A stretch of DNA of 49,892 nucleotides, taken from positions 1 to 49,892 of the forward strand of contig DASRGZ010000186.1 in assembly GCA_035650735.1 (NCBI GenBank), given 5' to 3'. The notes beneath the pieces are model-generated. The model made no database searches and was not told the origin of the DNA. It saw nothing but the letters and a program-made list of their open reading frames with translations. How positions within the stretch are numbered: the first letter of the stretch is position 1; every line of letters starts with the position of its first letter. The stretch is from Chthonomonadaceae bacterium (GTDB taxonomy: Bacteria > Armatimonadota > Chthonomonadetes > Chthonomonadales > Chthonomonadaceae). Made by a program: the position numbers and the translations under genes. Positions 9,252 through 18,570 of the stretch are shown here, piece by piece.

Positions 9252-9989
9252 TTAGCGGCAGCGACGGCGCGAGATAACTACGCCCAGCCCCGAGATGCCC
9301 GCGCCGGCCAGGAGCGCCAGCGTACCGGGCTCGGGCACGGCCGTAGGGGCCGTCGCGGAGACCAGACCGGTCAGGGAAGCGGAATCAAAGTTGCCGGTCA
9401 GGGTAAAGAGCAGGTTAATATCCAGAGAGGTAACAGTCACGGACGATATCGTAGAGGCAGTGAACCCCGCGGGGGGGCCATAGGTAAACGCGCCTGGCCC
9501 GGTGGAGGTCTGGGCGGGGCCCACGGGGATTCCAGCGGAGACACCGTTGATGGAAGCATCGGCCACACCTGTCGCAGGGGAGACCGGAGCGATGGTCACG
9601 CCGTCTCCAGTGGCGTCGGTGATGCCGCCGGACAGGTGATTGGTTATGGTGCTGCCAGCAAGTACGGGTGTAATGGGTATCGCGAGGTTGAAACCAAAGG
9701 TGTTGGTTGTGGAAGAGGAGTTGACTACCCCAAACGCATACGAGAGGAAGGGATCGGTGTCGACACTTGTGGTGACAGTGGCAACCGATCCATCGGGTAG
9801 TATAATGGTTTGGGTTGGGAGGATGTACTGACTGGGGTCGGCCGGGTTCACTATGGGGACAGCATTGGCGACCACGACACCGTTCTCGGTGATGGTTACG
9901 GTTGGCGAGCCAGGATCCTGCGCTTTGGCCTGGGCACGCATGCCGATGGCGAGGGCAACGATAAGCGTCAGACGAAACAACTTCTTCAT
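9252..9989 (-). CDS. PEP-CTERM sorting-domain surface protein
   Basis: Signal peptide; Thr/Ser/Gly-rich body; C-terminal VPEPGTLALL-transmembrane-RRRCR. Confidence 0.92.
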   Translation of the reverse strand: MKKLFRLTLIVALAIGMRAQAKAQDPGSPTVTITENGVVVANAVPIVNPADPSQYILPTQTIILPDGSVATVTTSVDTDPFLSYAFGVVNSSSTTNTFGFNLAIPITPVLAGSTITNHLSGGITDATGDGVTIAPVSPATGVADASINGVSAGIPVGPAQTSTGPGAFTYGPPAGFTASTISSVTVTSLDINLLFTLTGNFDSASLTGLVSATAPTAVPEPGTLALLAGAGISGLGVVISRRRCR

Positions 9990-10398
9990 TCAAATCTCCT
10001 TTTCTTTCCAATCGGTGCAGGCTAGTGCGAACCTGACTCCCGCGCTAGCCATAAAAAGCAACTACTGTACCAAAGGAGAGAAAGGAGGCAAAATCCCGTT
10101 CTTCTGGCAGGAGACGCTGCTTGTCAATCTAGCCTCTGTTAGGTAAAGGATGCAGGGGGAAGGAGGTAAGGAGGGATTCTGTTAGCGTTGCGCCGCCACA
10201 ACAAAAAGAAGGACAATTTACAGGCACAGACGAACTCTCACGGAACTATTATCAGAGGCCACGAGCCACGAGCCAAGCACAGGCAAACTATCACGGAACT
10301 ATCAGGGCAAGGAGAACAGACGGTGCCCTTTTAGTATGCCTGTTGGGCAGTAAGCCTGAGCTCGGCAAGGCAGAACACCTTCTTGCGAGGAGAGAACG

Positions 10399-11208
10399 AT
10401 GCCAACTCCGATGGAAGACTACCTTTTCGATCTGCGCGGCTACCTGGTCCTGCAAGGAGCGGTCAGTCCAGAGCAGGTCCAGCGCATCAATGCCGCCATA
10501 GACGCCATTCCGCCCCTTCAGAACGGCGAGTGGTGGGGCAACGTCCAGGGACATACGTATCACGGCGAGATTGATGGCAGGAACTTGCAGAATATCGTTG
10601 AGGGAGGCCCGGCCTTCGAGGAGTTGATTGACCATCCGGCCTGGATCGAGCATGTACGCCGCTATGTGGGCAAGAAAGAAGGGCTTTTTATTGACGAGTG
10701 CTTTGTGACCTTACGTGGCCCCGGCGAGTTCATCAACATCCATTCGGGCGGGCATCTGCGCTGGACACGGACACAATATCGCTATGAAGAGGGCCAGTGG
10801 CACTGCGGCATGATCAACATCCTCCTGGCCCTGACCGACATCGTAGAGATGAGCGATGGGCCTACCGTTGTCATTCCCGGCAGCCATAAATCCCAACTGG
10901 TCCATCCGACTTTTGAGAAAGGCTACGAGAATATGCTGGCCGATCCGCCGGAGCTGGTAGAGGGGACGGTTCCGGTCTTTTTGAAGGCGGGGGATGCCCT
11001 GCTCTTTGTGGATGCGCTGTGTCATGGCGGGGCGTCGCGGACCAAGCCGGGGATACGGCGCACCCTGGTCTATCGCTATGGGCCGTATTGGGGCAATACC
11101 CGATTTGGGTACCGCTATTCCCCTGAGCTGATAGCTCGCCTGACGCCAGAGCGCGCCAAAATCTTGCAGCCCATCCCTCCCCGGCAGCCTCCCGGCGCCG
11201 TCGTGTGA
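10399..11208 (+). CDS. Phytanoyl-CoA dioxygenase family (2OG-Fe(II)) protein
   Basis: FDLRGYLVL, IHSG, GPTVVIPGSHKS, AGDALLF...HG, RR..VYRY. Confidence 0.85.
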   Translation: MPTPMEDYLFDLRGYLVLQGAVSPEQVQRINAAIDAIPPLQNGEWWGNVQGHTYHGEIDGRNLQNIVEGGPAFEELIDHPAWIEHVRRYVGKKEGLFIDECFVTLRGPGEFINIHSGGHLRWTRTQYRYEEGQWHCGMINILLALTDIVEMSDGPTVVIPGSHKSQLVHPTFEKGYENMLADPPELVEGTVPVFLKAGDALLFVDALCHGGASRTKPGIRRTLVYRYGPYWGNTRFGYRYSPELIARLTPERAKILQPIPPRQPPGAVV

Positions 11209-11295
11209 GGCGAACGGATTTCGTCCGTCCGCTCAATGAGGCTGCTAAGCCCTATCGCAGTCGCTTCGCAGTTCTCCTTTGCGGCAGGGTTTAGC

Positions 11296-11465
11296 CCATA
11301 CTCGTTGAATGGCCGTTCGCTCGTAGCGCGCTGTTGTCTGTCCTTGAGTGTTACCGACAGCAGAAAATTCAATGCTTGCCATCAATAACCGCTCTGGTTC
11401 GGGTACAACGTCTGTCAATAGGGCGCAACAACGTCAGTTAGCAGGCGAGCATTCAACAGTTATGG
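11296..11465. mobile_element. 170-bp non-autonomous MITE, complete copy
   Basis: Terminal inverted repeats CCATACTCGTTGAATG / CATTCAACAGTTATGG; flanked by the direct repeat GGTTTAGC; second copy at 49768-49892. Confidence 0.85.
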
Positions 11466-11567
11466 GGTTTAGCCTGCCGCTGTGGAGCGCGATGCGCTTG
11501 CCGCCCACGCAGGTGGGCGGGAAAATCCACCTCTGCTAAAGGGCAGTCAAGGAGCCGGAGGTACCAC

Positions 11568-12008
11568 TTAGCCGCCCTCAATGGTTACCCTGTTCATCTT
11601 ATCGCCTTCGCGCAGCTTCATTACATTCTCCAGCCCTTCGGTCACCTTCCCAAAGACGGCGTAGTTCATATCCAGGTTCGGGGCAGGAGCTAGGGTAATG
11701 TAGAACTGGCAGGAGGCGCTGTCTGGATGCTGGGAGCGCGCCATCGCCACGATACCTGCCGCGCTGTGCTTGAGCTGCGGCGTCACCTCCAGCGGAATGG
11801 TTCTGCCGGAGCCGCCCATGCCGTTGCCGAGCGGGTCGCCGCCTTGAATGACGAAGCCAGGCACATAACGGTGGAATTTAAGACCATTATAGAAGCCGCG
11901 CTCGGCCAGTTCGATAAAGTTCTGCGCCGTCACCGGAGCGAGGTCTTCAAAGAGCTCAAACTTGATGACGCCTTTGGTCGTCTCCAGCGTTGCCGTGCGG
12001 TTTGCCAT
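11568..12008 (-). CDS. Cyclophilin-type peptidyl-prolyl cis-trans isomerase
   Basis: [46 protein letters not shown]. Confidence 0.95.
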   Translation of the reverse strand: MANRTATLETTKGVIKFELFEDLAPVTAQNFIELAERGFYNGLKFHRYVPGFVIQGGDPLGNGMGGSGRTIPLEVTPQLKHSAAGIVAMARSQHPDSASCQFYITLAPAPNLDMNYAVFGKVTEGLENVMKLREGDKMNRVTIEGG

Positions 12009-12108
12009 GCTGTCCCTCCTGAGACACAAGTGAGCGTGGACACCGCCGCGCCTGCGTTCATTGTAGCATAAACGCCGCCCGATTCACCGTTTTCGGGCGG
12101 CTAAAGCC

Positions 12109-12312
12109 GCAGCAACCAGAGCACAAAGTCCGCCTTCGCGGGTTCTGCCCTCACCTCCTTCCCCTACTGCCAGGGTCGGGGCTACAAAGGTTGGGCCCAC
12201 TGCAAGGGTCGGCAAGGTTACGGCCCTTGCCTCCGCCTTGCGATCCCCAAGAACAGGGGAGGGGAGGATGGAGTCGCCCTAGGGCGACTTCGTGCCTTGG
12301 TTGCCGCGAATT
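12109..12312. repeat. Composite REP-like element, copy 2 (inverted REP pair enclosing the shared module)
   Basis: 12141-12243 is close to the reverse complement of 9045-9145. It is bounded by inverted GCAGCAAC..GCACAAAGTC.. units at 12109-12142 and 12272-12312. Confidence 0.85.
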
Positions 12313-12563
12313 GATTGAGACCCAGACATAATTCTTGGCGCCCTCTCTTGGCACTGTGTATACGCTTAAGCTCAGGCCACCCGTAAGAACGGTTTTAACC
12401 CCGCCCGCAGCGGCTGCTTGTGGAGGGCCCCAGACCACAGAGCCCTCTGCTAGACCCGCACCGCCCCTAACACCGGGCGGGCCCTAGCAGCCTGGCCGCG
12501 GGTGGGAACCGGCTCGTAGGCAGCGAAGAGACCGCAACCGAATACGGAAGGATCTTGCTCCCT

Positions 12564-13829
12564 CTAACGTTGGTCGCGCACCGGGGCGCGCTCGGCACGG
12601 GCGTACAGGTCAGCCCACTCTTTAGAGCCGTCGTCCTCGCGGATCTCCATGCGGACTCCCGGCTCCTGCGCCGGCTGGTTGCCCACCCAGCAATCGTTCC
12701 AGCACTGGCGCAGGCTGGCGTAGTGCATCACGCGGCCTCCCGGCCAGACCACCGAAAGCAGCAGGCGCGGCTTGGGCAGTTCATAGGGCGGCTGCATCTT
12801 GTAGCGGGTCAGGGCGTCTTCATCTATTGTGATGCCGAGGCCCGGACCCTCCGGCACTTTGACGTACCCACCCAGGATGGTCAGCGGCTCGACCAGCAGG
12901 TCGTCGGCGTAGTTGTTCAGGCAGTTGACGGAGGGCCATTGCGCAAAGGTAAGCACGGCCCCCAGGTGCGCCGAGAGCGCCGTCGTCAGCCCCGTGCCCA
13001 CCATTTGCAGCCAGAACGGCTTCTCGAACGCCGCAGCCAGCGTCCCCTGCCGCAGCACGCTCGCCACTCCGCCGCCGACCACGAACCCATCGCAGACCTC
13101 ATCCCGGATGACCGTCGGGAAGGGCGGCTCGCCAAAGTGCAAGGCGATGGGGCGTGTGATCTTCTGGCGTAGCTGGCGGTGGCCCTCCACGTCCCGCTGC
13201 ATGATGGGCGACTCGTAGATAGCGACGCGCTCCCGCTTGTCCAGTTCGGTCAGCACCGGGGCGGCGTTGCCGGCGTTGAGCAGCAGGTTGTTCCAGTCCA
13301 GGTCGAGGCGGAAGTGCGGCGGCGTCACCTTGCTCACGGCATCCACCTGCGCATAGACGTCCCACCAGGGCCGCGCCTTGAATTTATAGGAAGTGTAGCC
13401 CTTCTCCAGCGCCTCCTTCGCCTCCTCGGCGTTGGCCTCCGGCGAGATGTCTATGTTCCACCAGGAGATCGGGCACCACTCCCGCACGCGCGGCAGGTTG
13501 AACAGCTTGTAGGCCGGCACGCCTAGCGCCTTACCCACCACATCGTAGAGCGCCATCTGTAGCCCTGCGCCCAGGCTGTCGTCGCCCAGAAAGTCGGCGG
13601 GATTTTGGCCCTTGACACGCTCAATCGCCTCATCGGGGACGCGGCTCCAGGTGTAGTGCAGGATCGTCTCGCCGTAGCCGACGATACCGGGCGCATTCGT
13701 CGTCATCCGGATGACCTCGGAGATGCGCCACTGCCAGACCTCGCGCGCATTCCAGTACTGGCAGCGCGGGGTGAACGGCACATCTACCACGATACGTTCG
13801 ACTTCGGTAATACGCAGGTTGGCTGACAT
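12564..13829 (-). CDS. Mandelate racemase/muconate lactonizing (enolase superfamily) enzyme
   Basis: MALYDVVGKALGVP, KFK, DLDWN, YESP; GGAGG upstream of the start. Confidence 0.85.
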   Translation of the reverse strand: MSANLRITEVERIVVDVPFTPRCQYWNAREVWQWRISEVIRMTTNAPGIVGYGETILHYTWSRVPDEAIERVKGQNPADFLGDDSLGAGLQMALYDVVGKALGVPAYKLFNLPRVREWCPISWWNIDISPEANAEEAKEALEKGYTSYKFKARPWWDVYAQVDAVSKVTPPHFRLDLDWNNLLLNAGNAAPVLTELDKRERVAIYESPIMQRDVEGHRQLRQKITRPIALHFGEPPFPTVIRDEVCDGFVVGGGVASVLRQGTLAAAFEKPFWLQMVGTGLTTALSAHLGAVLTFAQWPSVNCLNNYADDLLVEPLTILGGYVKVPEGPGLGITIDEDALTRYKMQPPYELPKPRLLLSVVWPGGRVMHYASLRQCWNDCWVGNQPAQEPGVRMEIREDDGSKEWADLYARAERAPVRDQR

Positions 13830-13853
13830 CGCCATGCCCTCCCAACAAACGCT

Positions 13854-13997
13854 CAACAGGATGAACAGGATTAGACAGGATTTCTAAAACCAACCGAATC
13901 AACCGAATTCCTGTTTCTCTGGACTTCAAGTGGACTGGAAGGCTTCTGTCTCTTGTCTTCATCCTGTAAACCCTGAGTAATCCTGTTCATCCTGTTG
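13854..13997. repeat. Hairpin of 9-nt periodic units (ACAGGATGA/ACAGGATT)
   Basis: CAACAGGATGAACAGGATTA at 13854 pairs perfectly with TAATCCTGTTCATCCTGTTG ending at 13997. The right arm overlaps the end of the neighbouring CDS. Confidence 0.85.
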
Positions 13998-14891
13998 AAG
14001 GGTTTTTGTTGCTTGCTTTGTGTGCAGCTTCTGGATGGCGGCGCGGGTGGCGGCTAGGCACTCCTCGATGTAGGGGATAGGATTATCCTCATGCTCCTCG
14101 TATTCCAGCGAGACAATGCCCGAATAGCGGTTCTCCTCTAGCACCCGCAGGAAGCCGACCGTATCCAGATCGCCCTTGCCGATCTCGGTGAACTGCTTCT
14201 CCCCGTTGGGGCCGGTCTTCACATCCTTGAGATGGACGCCATAGACGCGCTTGCCGAACCGACGCGCCGCCTCCACCGGGTCTTCGTTGGAGCGCAGGTA
14301 GTGGCCGGTATCTATGCACGCTCCAATGCGCGGCGAATGGCCCTGAATGGCGGCCAGGCCCTTCTCGATCTTATCGTAGAGGTTATCGCCGGGGCCGTGA
14401 TTGTGGATGGCGATATTGATCTGGTACTCCTCCACCAGCTTATCCAGGAGAGAAAGCGAGTTCGGGGAGGGATACGCCGATAGCGTGCGCAGGCCCATCG
14501 CCTTGGCAAACGCAAACTTGCGGCGCGCATCCGCCTCGTCGTTGCTAAAGCCCACCACGCCATAGGCGGCCAGGCGAATGCCGTGCGCCTTCAGCTTCTC
14601 GCGGTACTCCTCCAGAGTCTTCGGGTCGTCGGTGAGCGGGAAATGCGACTCGAAGGCTTCCCACCATCTCAGGCCGAGCGCTCGCGTTTTCTCCAGCGCC
14701 TCGTCCGTTTTATAGCCGCGCAGCGAGTAGGATTGAATGCCCATGCGAAACGGCGCATAGGGCGATCTTCCCTGGCCGCCCCACGCGAAAGCGGCCTTGT
14801 CAGGCAGCAACGCCAGCCCTGCCGCGCCCAGCGCGGCGTTGCGTATAAACATCCTGCGAGAGAGGCCCTGTGCCTCCTGTTCAAACGCCAT
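13959..14891 (-). CDS. Tat-exported sugar phosphate isomerase/epimerase (xylose-isomerase-like TIM barrel)
   Basis: SRRMFIRNAA Tat signal; GIQSYSLR, IHNHG, CIDTGH, HLKD, LEYE. Confidence 0.88.
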   Translation of the reverse strand: MAFEQEAQGLSRRMFIRNAALGAAGLALLPDKAAFAWGGQGRSPYAPFRMGIQSYSLRGYKTDEALEKTRALGLRWWEAFESHFPLTDDPKTLEEYREKLKAHGIRLAAYGVVGFSNDEADARRKFAFAKAMGLRTLSAYPSPNSLSLLDKLVEEYQINIAIHNHGPGDNLYDKIEKGLAAIQGHSPRIGACIDTGHYLRSNEDPVEAARRFGKRVYGVHLKDVKTGPNGEKQFTEIGKGDLDTVGFLRVLEENRYSGIVSLEYEEHEDNPIPYIEECLAATRAAIQKLHTKQATKTLQQDEQDYSGFTG

Positions 14892-15057
14892 GATTTTGTA
14901 GACGCCCTTTCTTTTTGTTGGCTTGCCTTAAACCGTTCTTCGCGCTCCCTGCCAAAGCGCCGGGGAGGAAGGACTACCGGCAAGTTCGTCCTTCCTCCCC
15001 TCGCATTCCTGCTTTCAGGTCAGACGTATTCCGTTGGATTTTTCGGCCAGCAGGGCT

Positions 15058-16302
15058 TCAGATGCGGCGGGCGCGTTTGGAGACCGCTTTTTGCGTGAGG
15101 GCGACGGGCACACGCTCGCCGACGAACTCTCGCTCCATCAGGCGGAAGAAGGCGTCGCGCTCGGCACCGCGCACGGTCGCCTGCTCGTGCGCTTCCACCA
15201 GGCCGACCGGATAGCCATCCCCCTTCCGGGCCTGATCGTAGCAGAGAGCGTGCGTGCGCTCCATCAGTTCCTGGTCCTCGGCGACCCAGGCCGGTATCTC
15301 GACGCGCGCCACCTCCCGACCCGTATGCAGGTAGAAGAAGCGCACGCGATGCGCCGGATCATAGCTTTTTAGGATTTTGGACTGGGAGCCGAACACCGCC
15401 GACCGCTCCCCTGGCTCTAAGAGCTGCGCGAAGAGATCGGCATCCGCAATCCGCTCGGTGCCGGCGCAGTCCGGGGGCTTGAACTCCGGTTTGAGCTTGT
15501 GACGGTGCGGGCAGTAGTGGTCGCAGTCGGCGTGCGGATAGGGACAGCGGAAAACGCGCAGGGCGTTGAGAACATCCCGGCTCCGGGGCTGGCTGATATA
15601 GCCGGCAATCGGGACGCGGCGCTGTCGGGCCACCTCCAGCGATGCCTGAAACGCTTGCAGCGCCTTGCCGCGAAAGGGCTCCTGCTCCGTCTCCAGCGGC
15701 CAGAGGATGAGGCTGCCGTCGGAGAGGGCCAGGGTCGGCATTTCGGCCTCCGGGAAGGAGAAAAGATCGGCGGGGGCGTTTGCGGCGTCCGGTTGGGGCG
15801 CGCATTGAGCGATCAGCCCGGCCAGGCCGTCGAGCTCGGCCAGCAGGCGGCGCACGCCGAGTCGCCTGGGCAGGACAGCGCCCTGCTCGCCCTGGAACTC
15901 GTCCAGCAGTTCCTCATCCGGGAAGGAGAGCGTCGGGCGTGAGGCCAGGTAGGCGCGCTCGCCGGTGCCGTAACGCAGCGCGACCAGCCCGATATTCAGA
16001 AGAACGCACAGCGTGATGTCGTGGCGGTCGGAGACGATCTGGGAGCCGTCGGCGGCGAGCACGGCGCAGGGCGTAGGGCGCGGAGGGGGCGCATAGGCCC
16101 GGTCGGGCGGCTCCAGCCAGTCGGCGAGCAGCCAGGAGGTGCGGCTGCGGTTGATTTTAGCGTGCGTGGCCTCCCACGTTGGGCCGGAGTCGGTGAGGCG
16201 GCGGCTTGCCTCCGTCAGCGCCGTCTGGAACTGGGGCAGCTCACGCGCGCGATCCGAGGCGAAGGATTTGATCTGTGTGGCGACCTGGGAAAAATCGAGC
16301 AT
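15058..16302 (-). CDS. nurA: NurA-family nuclease
   Basis: AADGSQI, LSDGSL, GYIS.PRS, RVEIPAW, GYP..L.EAHEQA NurA motifs. Confidence 0.88.
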   Translation of the reverse strand: MLDFSQVATQIKSFASDRARELPQFQTALTEASRRLTDSGPTWEATHAKINRSRTSWLLADWLEPPDRAYAPPPRPTPCAVLAADGSQIVSDRHDITLCVLLNIGLVALRYGTGERAYLASRPTLSFPDEELLDEFQGEQGAVLPRRLGVRRLLAELDGLAGLIAQCAPQPDAANAPADLFSFPEAEMPTLALSDGSLILWPLETEQEPFRGKALQAFQASLEVARQRRVPIAGYISQPRSRDVLNALRVFRCPYPHADCDHYCPHRHKLKPEFKPPDCAGTERIADADLFAQLLEPGERSAVFGSQSKILKSYDPAHRVRFFYLHTGREVARVEIPAWVAEDQELMERTHALCYDQARKGDGYPVGLVEAHEQATVRGAERDAFFRLMEREFVGERVPVALTQKAVSKRARRI

Positions 16303-16420
16303 GGCGTATTTCCGTCCGACGTGAAGGAAGCCGTTGGCGGCTTGCCGAACCACCATCCGGGCAGCACATTCTCATAACGCGCCTGCCGCCGCGCGGCGCG
16401 CAGGCGAGAAAGGGACGACG

Positions 16421-17737
16421 ATGGGCCAACTACTTGCGGGCGTCGCCCGTGCCAATATCACGCCGCCGGTGGGCATTCCCATGGTGGGGTTCGCGGGGCG
16501 CGGCCCGGCGGAGGGCGTTCACGATGACCTGTTCGCAACGACCCTGGCGCTGGAAGCGGAGGGCCAGCGCGCGCTGATTATAACCGTAGACCTGATCGGC
16601 GTCGGGGAGCGCTTCACAACGGAAGTCCGGGACGAGATCGCGCGCCGTACCGAGGTTGCGCCGTCCAATGTGCTGATCTGCGCCTCCCACACCCACTATG
16701 GCCCGGATACCGGCGCGTATGCCAGCGACGGCGTGCCGGGGGATGTCGCCGCCTATGTAGCCAACCTGAAGTTCCTGCTGGCGGGCGCGGCGCTGGCGGC
16801 GCTGGCGCAGATGCAGCCGGTTCGCGTCGGCTTTGGGCAGGGCGCCTCGCATATCGGCATCAATCGGCGGGAGCGCCGCCCGGACGGGCAGATCGTGCTC
16901 GGCCAGAACCCGGAGGGCGCCTGCGACCGGGAGATGCGCCTTATTCGGCTGGATACGACGGAGGGCCAGCCGCTGGCGGCATTGGTTAATTTTGCCTGCC
17001 ACCCGGTCAGCGCCGCGCACGCCATGCGCCTGATCTCGGCGGACTATATCGGCACGATGCGCATGCTGGTCGAGATGTTTACCGGGGCCACCTGCCTGTT
17101 CTTGCAGGGAGCGGCGGGCAACATCAACCCGATTGAGATGCGCCATTCTATGGAGCCGGCGCGGCGGCTAGGCGTGATGCTAGGTGGCGAGGTCGCCAAA
17201 GTGTTTGAAGGAACGAGCACGGCGGAGGCCGAAGGGCTGGCCGCTGCCACGGCGCGGCTGGAGCTTCCCGCCATGATCTTTAACTCCCTGGAAGAGGGAG
17301 AGCGCACCGTATCCGAGCTGCGCGCAAACCTGGAGCGGGTCCGGGCCGAAGGCGCCTCGGGAGGCAGCCTCTGGTGGGCGGAGAGCCGCCTGCAACGGGC
17401 CGAGCGGATGCTGGCGAGCCTGCAAGGCGGCCCGTCCCTGCCGCCGATCCCGGCGGAGTTGAATGCGCTGCGCTTCGGAGATGTGGCCCTGGTGACCGCG
17501 CCGGGCGAGATATTCACCGAGACGGGCATGGAGGTCAAGCGCCGCTCGCCACTGCCCCGCACCTGCTACGTCGCCTATACCAACGGCACCATTGGCTACG
17601 TGCCCATTCCCGCCGCCTATCCCGAAGGAGGCTACGAGGTGACGCACGCCTGTCGGGTCGGCCCACAGGCGGCAGGCATGATCGCCGAAACCTCGCTCAT
17701 GCTGCTCCAACAGGTAGCGGGCAGCCAGGTTAAGTAG
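16421..17737 (+). CDS. Neutral/alkaline ceramidase-like amidohydrolase
   Basis: ITPPVG, GVHDDL, ASHTHYGP, NRR, NFACHP, SADY, QGAAGNINP, PGEIF, GGYE. Confidence 0.85.
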   Translation: MGQLLAGVARANITPPVGIPMVGFAGRGPAEGVHDDLFATTLALEAEGQRALIITVDLIGVGERFTTEVRDEIARRTEVAPSNVLICASHTHYGPDTGAYASDGVPGDVAAYVANLKFLLAGAALAALAQMQPVRVGFGQGASHIGINRRERRPDGQIVLGQNPEGACDREMRLIRLDTTEGQPLAALVNFACHPVSAAHAMRLISADYIGTMRMLVEMFTGATCLFLQGAAGNINPIEMRHSMEPARRLGVMLGGEVAKVFEGTSTAEAEGLAAATARLELPAMIFNSLEEGERTVSELRANLERVRAEGASGGSLWWAESRLQRAERMLASLQGGPSLPPIPAELNALRFGDVALVTAPGEIFTETGMEVKRRSPLPRTCYVAYTNGTIGYVPIPAAYPEGGYEVTHACRVGPQAAGMIAETSLMLLQQVAGSQVK

Positions 17738-17801
17738 CCATGCCGTCATAGTGCGCAGAAACTCCCTTGCGGATAATTACAGACGTGGAGAGCAGATTGG
17801 C

Positions 17802-18557
17802 TCAGGCGAGTTGGCGGTAATAGGCCTCGACCGTCTCATAATCTATAGTTGCATCCGGCTCCAGGCCGGCCCGCGCGTACAGGTCGCGCCGCGCCCGCAT
17901 GTCCGCTAGCAGCACGGCCCGCGCGTGTACCGCCACCTCCTCGGCGACCTCCAGCGGCACGACCACGATCCCGTCGTCATCGCAGCCGACGATGTCGCCG
18001 GGCCGCACCTGCGCCCCGCCGCAGCCGATGCGTGCCTGCACCTCGACGGCCTCGATCCGTCCCGGAATAATGGTGCGTCCCCGCGCTTGCGCGCAGATGG
18101 GCGTCCGCTGTAGGATCAATTCGGCGGTGTCGCGGCAATAGCCGTTGGTAATGATGCCGACCGCGCCCTCGGCGACGGCGCTGAGGCTGTTGGCCGAGCC
18201 CCAGAACCCGACCTCTCGCGCCCCGCCCGTATCCGTCACGATCACGTGGCCGGGCCGGATCTGGCCGCCGGTGCCGACGTGCCCGACCTGCTGAAACCAG
18301 ATGCCGTGCGCGTTGACGATCTCCTCGGTGGTGCTCAATTTCCACATGGGGCGGTTGGCCGGCACGCAGCGTATGGTGAAGGCTACGCCCCAGAACTTCA
18401 TGCCGGGCCAGAGCGGGCGGATTTCCGGGGACATGAGGCCGATGTCGAAGTAGCCGATGCCGTCCAGGGCGTCGCAGACATCCACGACGCGCAGGTACTT
18501 ATACAAGGCGCGCAGCGCAAACGGATCGGGGGTGTTGCCGGAAGTCGGGGAAGCCAC
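17802..18557 (-). CDS. RraA/HMG-CHA aldolase family protein
   Basis: DVCDALD, WGS, GYCRD, VRPGDIVGCDDDGIVVVP; GTG start with GAGGAG upstream. Confidence 0.85.
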   Translation of the reverse strand: MASPTSGNTPDPFALRALYKYLRVVDVCDALDGIGYFDIGLMSPEIRPLWPGMKFWGVAFTIRCVPANRPMWKLSTTEEIVNAHGIWFQQVGHVGTGGQIRPGHVIVTDTGGAREVGFWGSANSLSAVAEGAVGIITNGYCRDTAELILQRTPICAQARGRTIIPGRIEAVEVQARIGCGGAQVRPGDIVGCDDDGIVVVPLEVAEEVAVHARAVLLADMRARRDLYARAGLEPDATIDYETVEAYYRQLA

Positions 18558-18570
18558 TGCATTCTCCTCT

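Noticed and set aside
8754..10275. TCGTGGC / GCCACGA 7-nt units as inverted ends of a unit carrying the PEP-CTERM gene
   Set aside because: The matches are too short and degenerate over 1.5 kb, and there is no target duplication.
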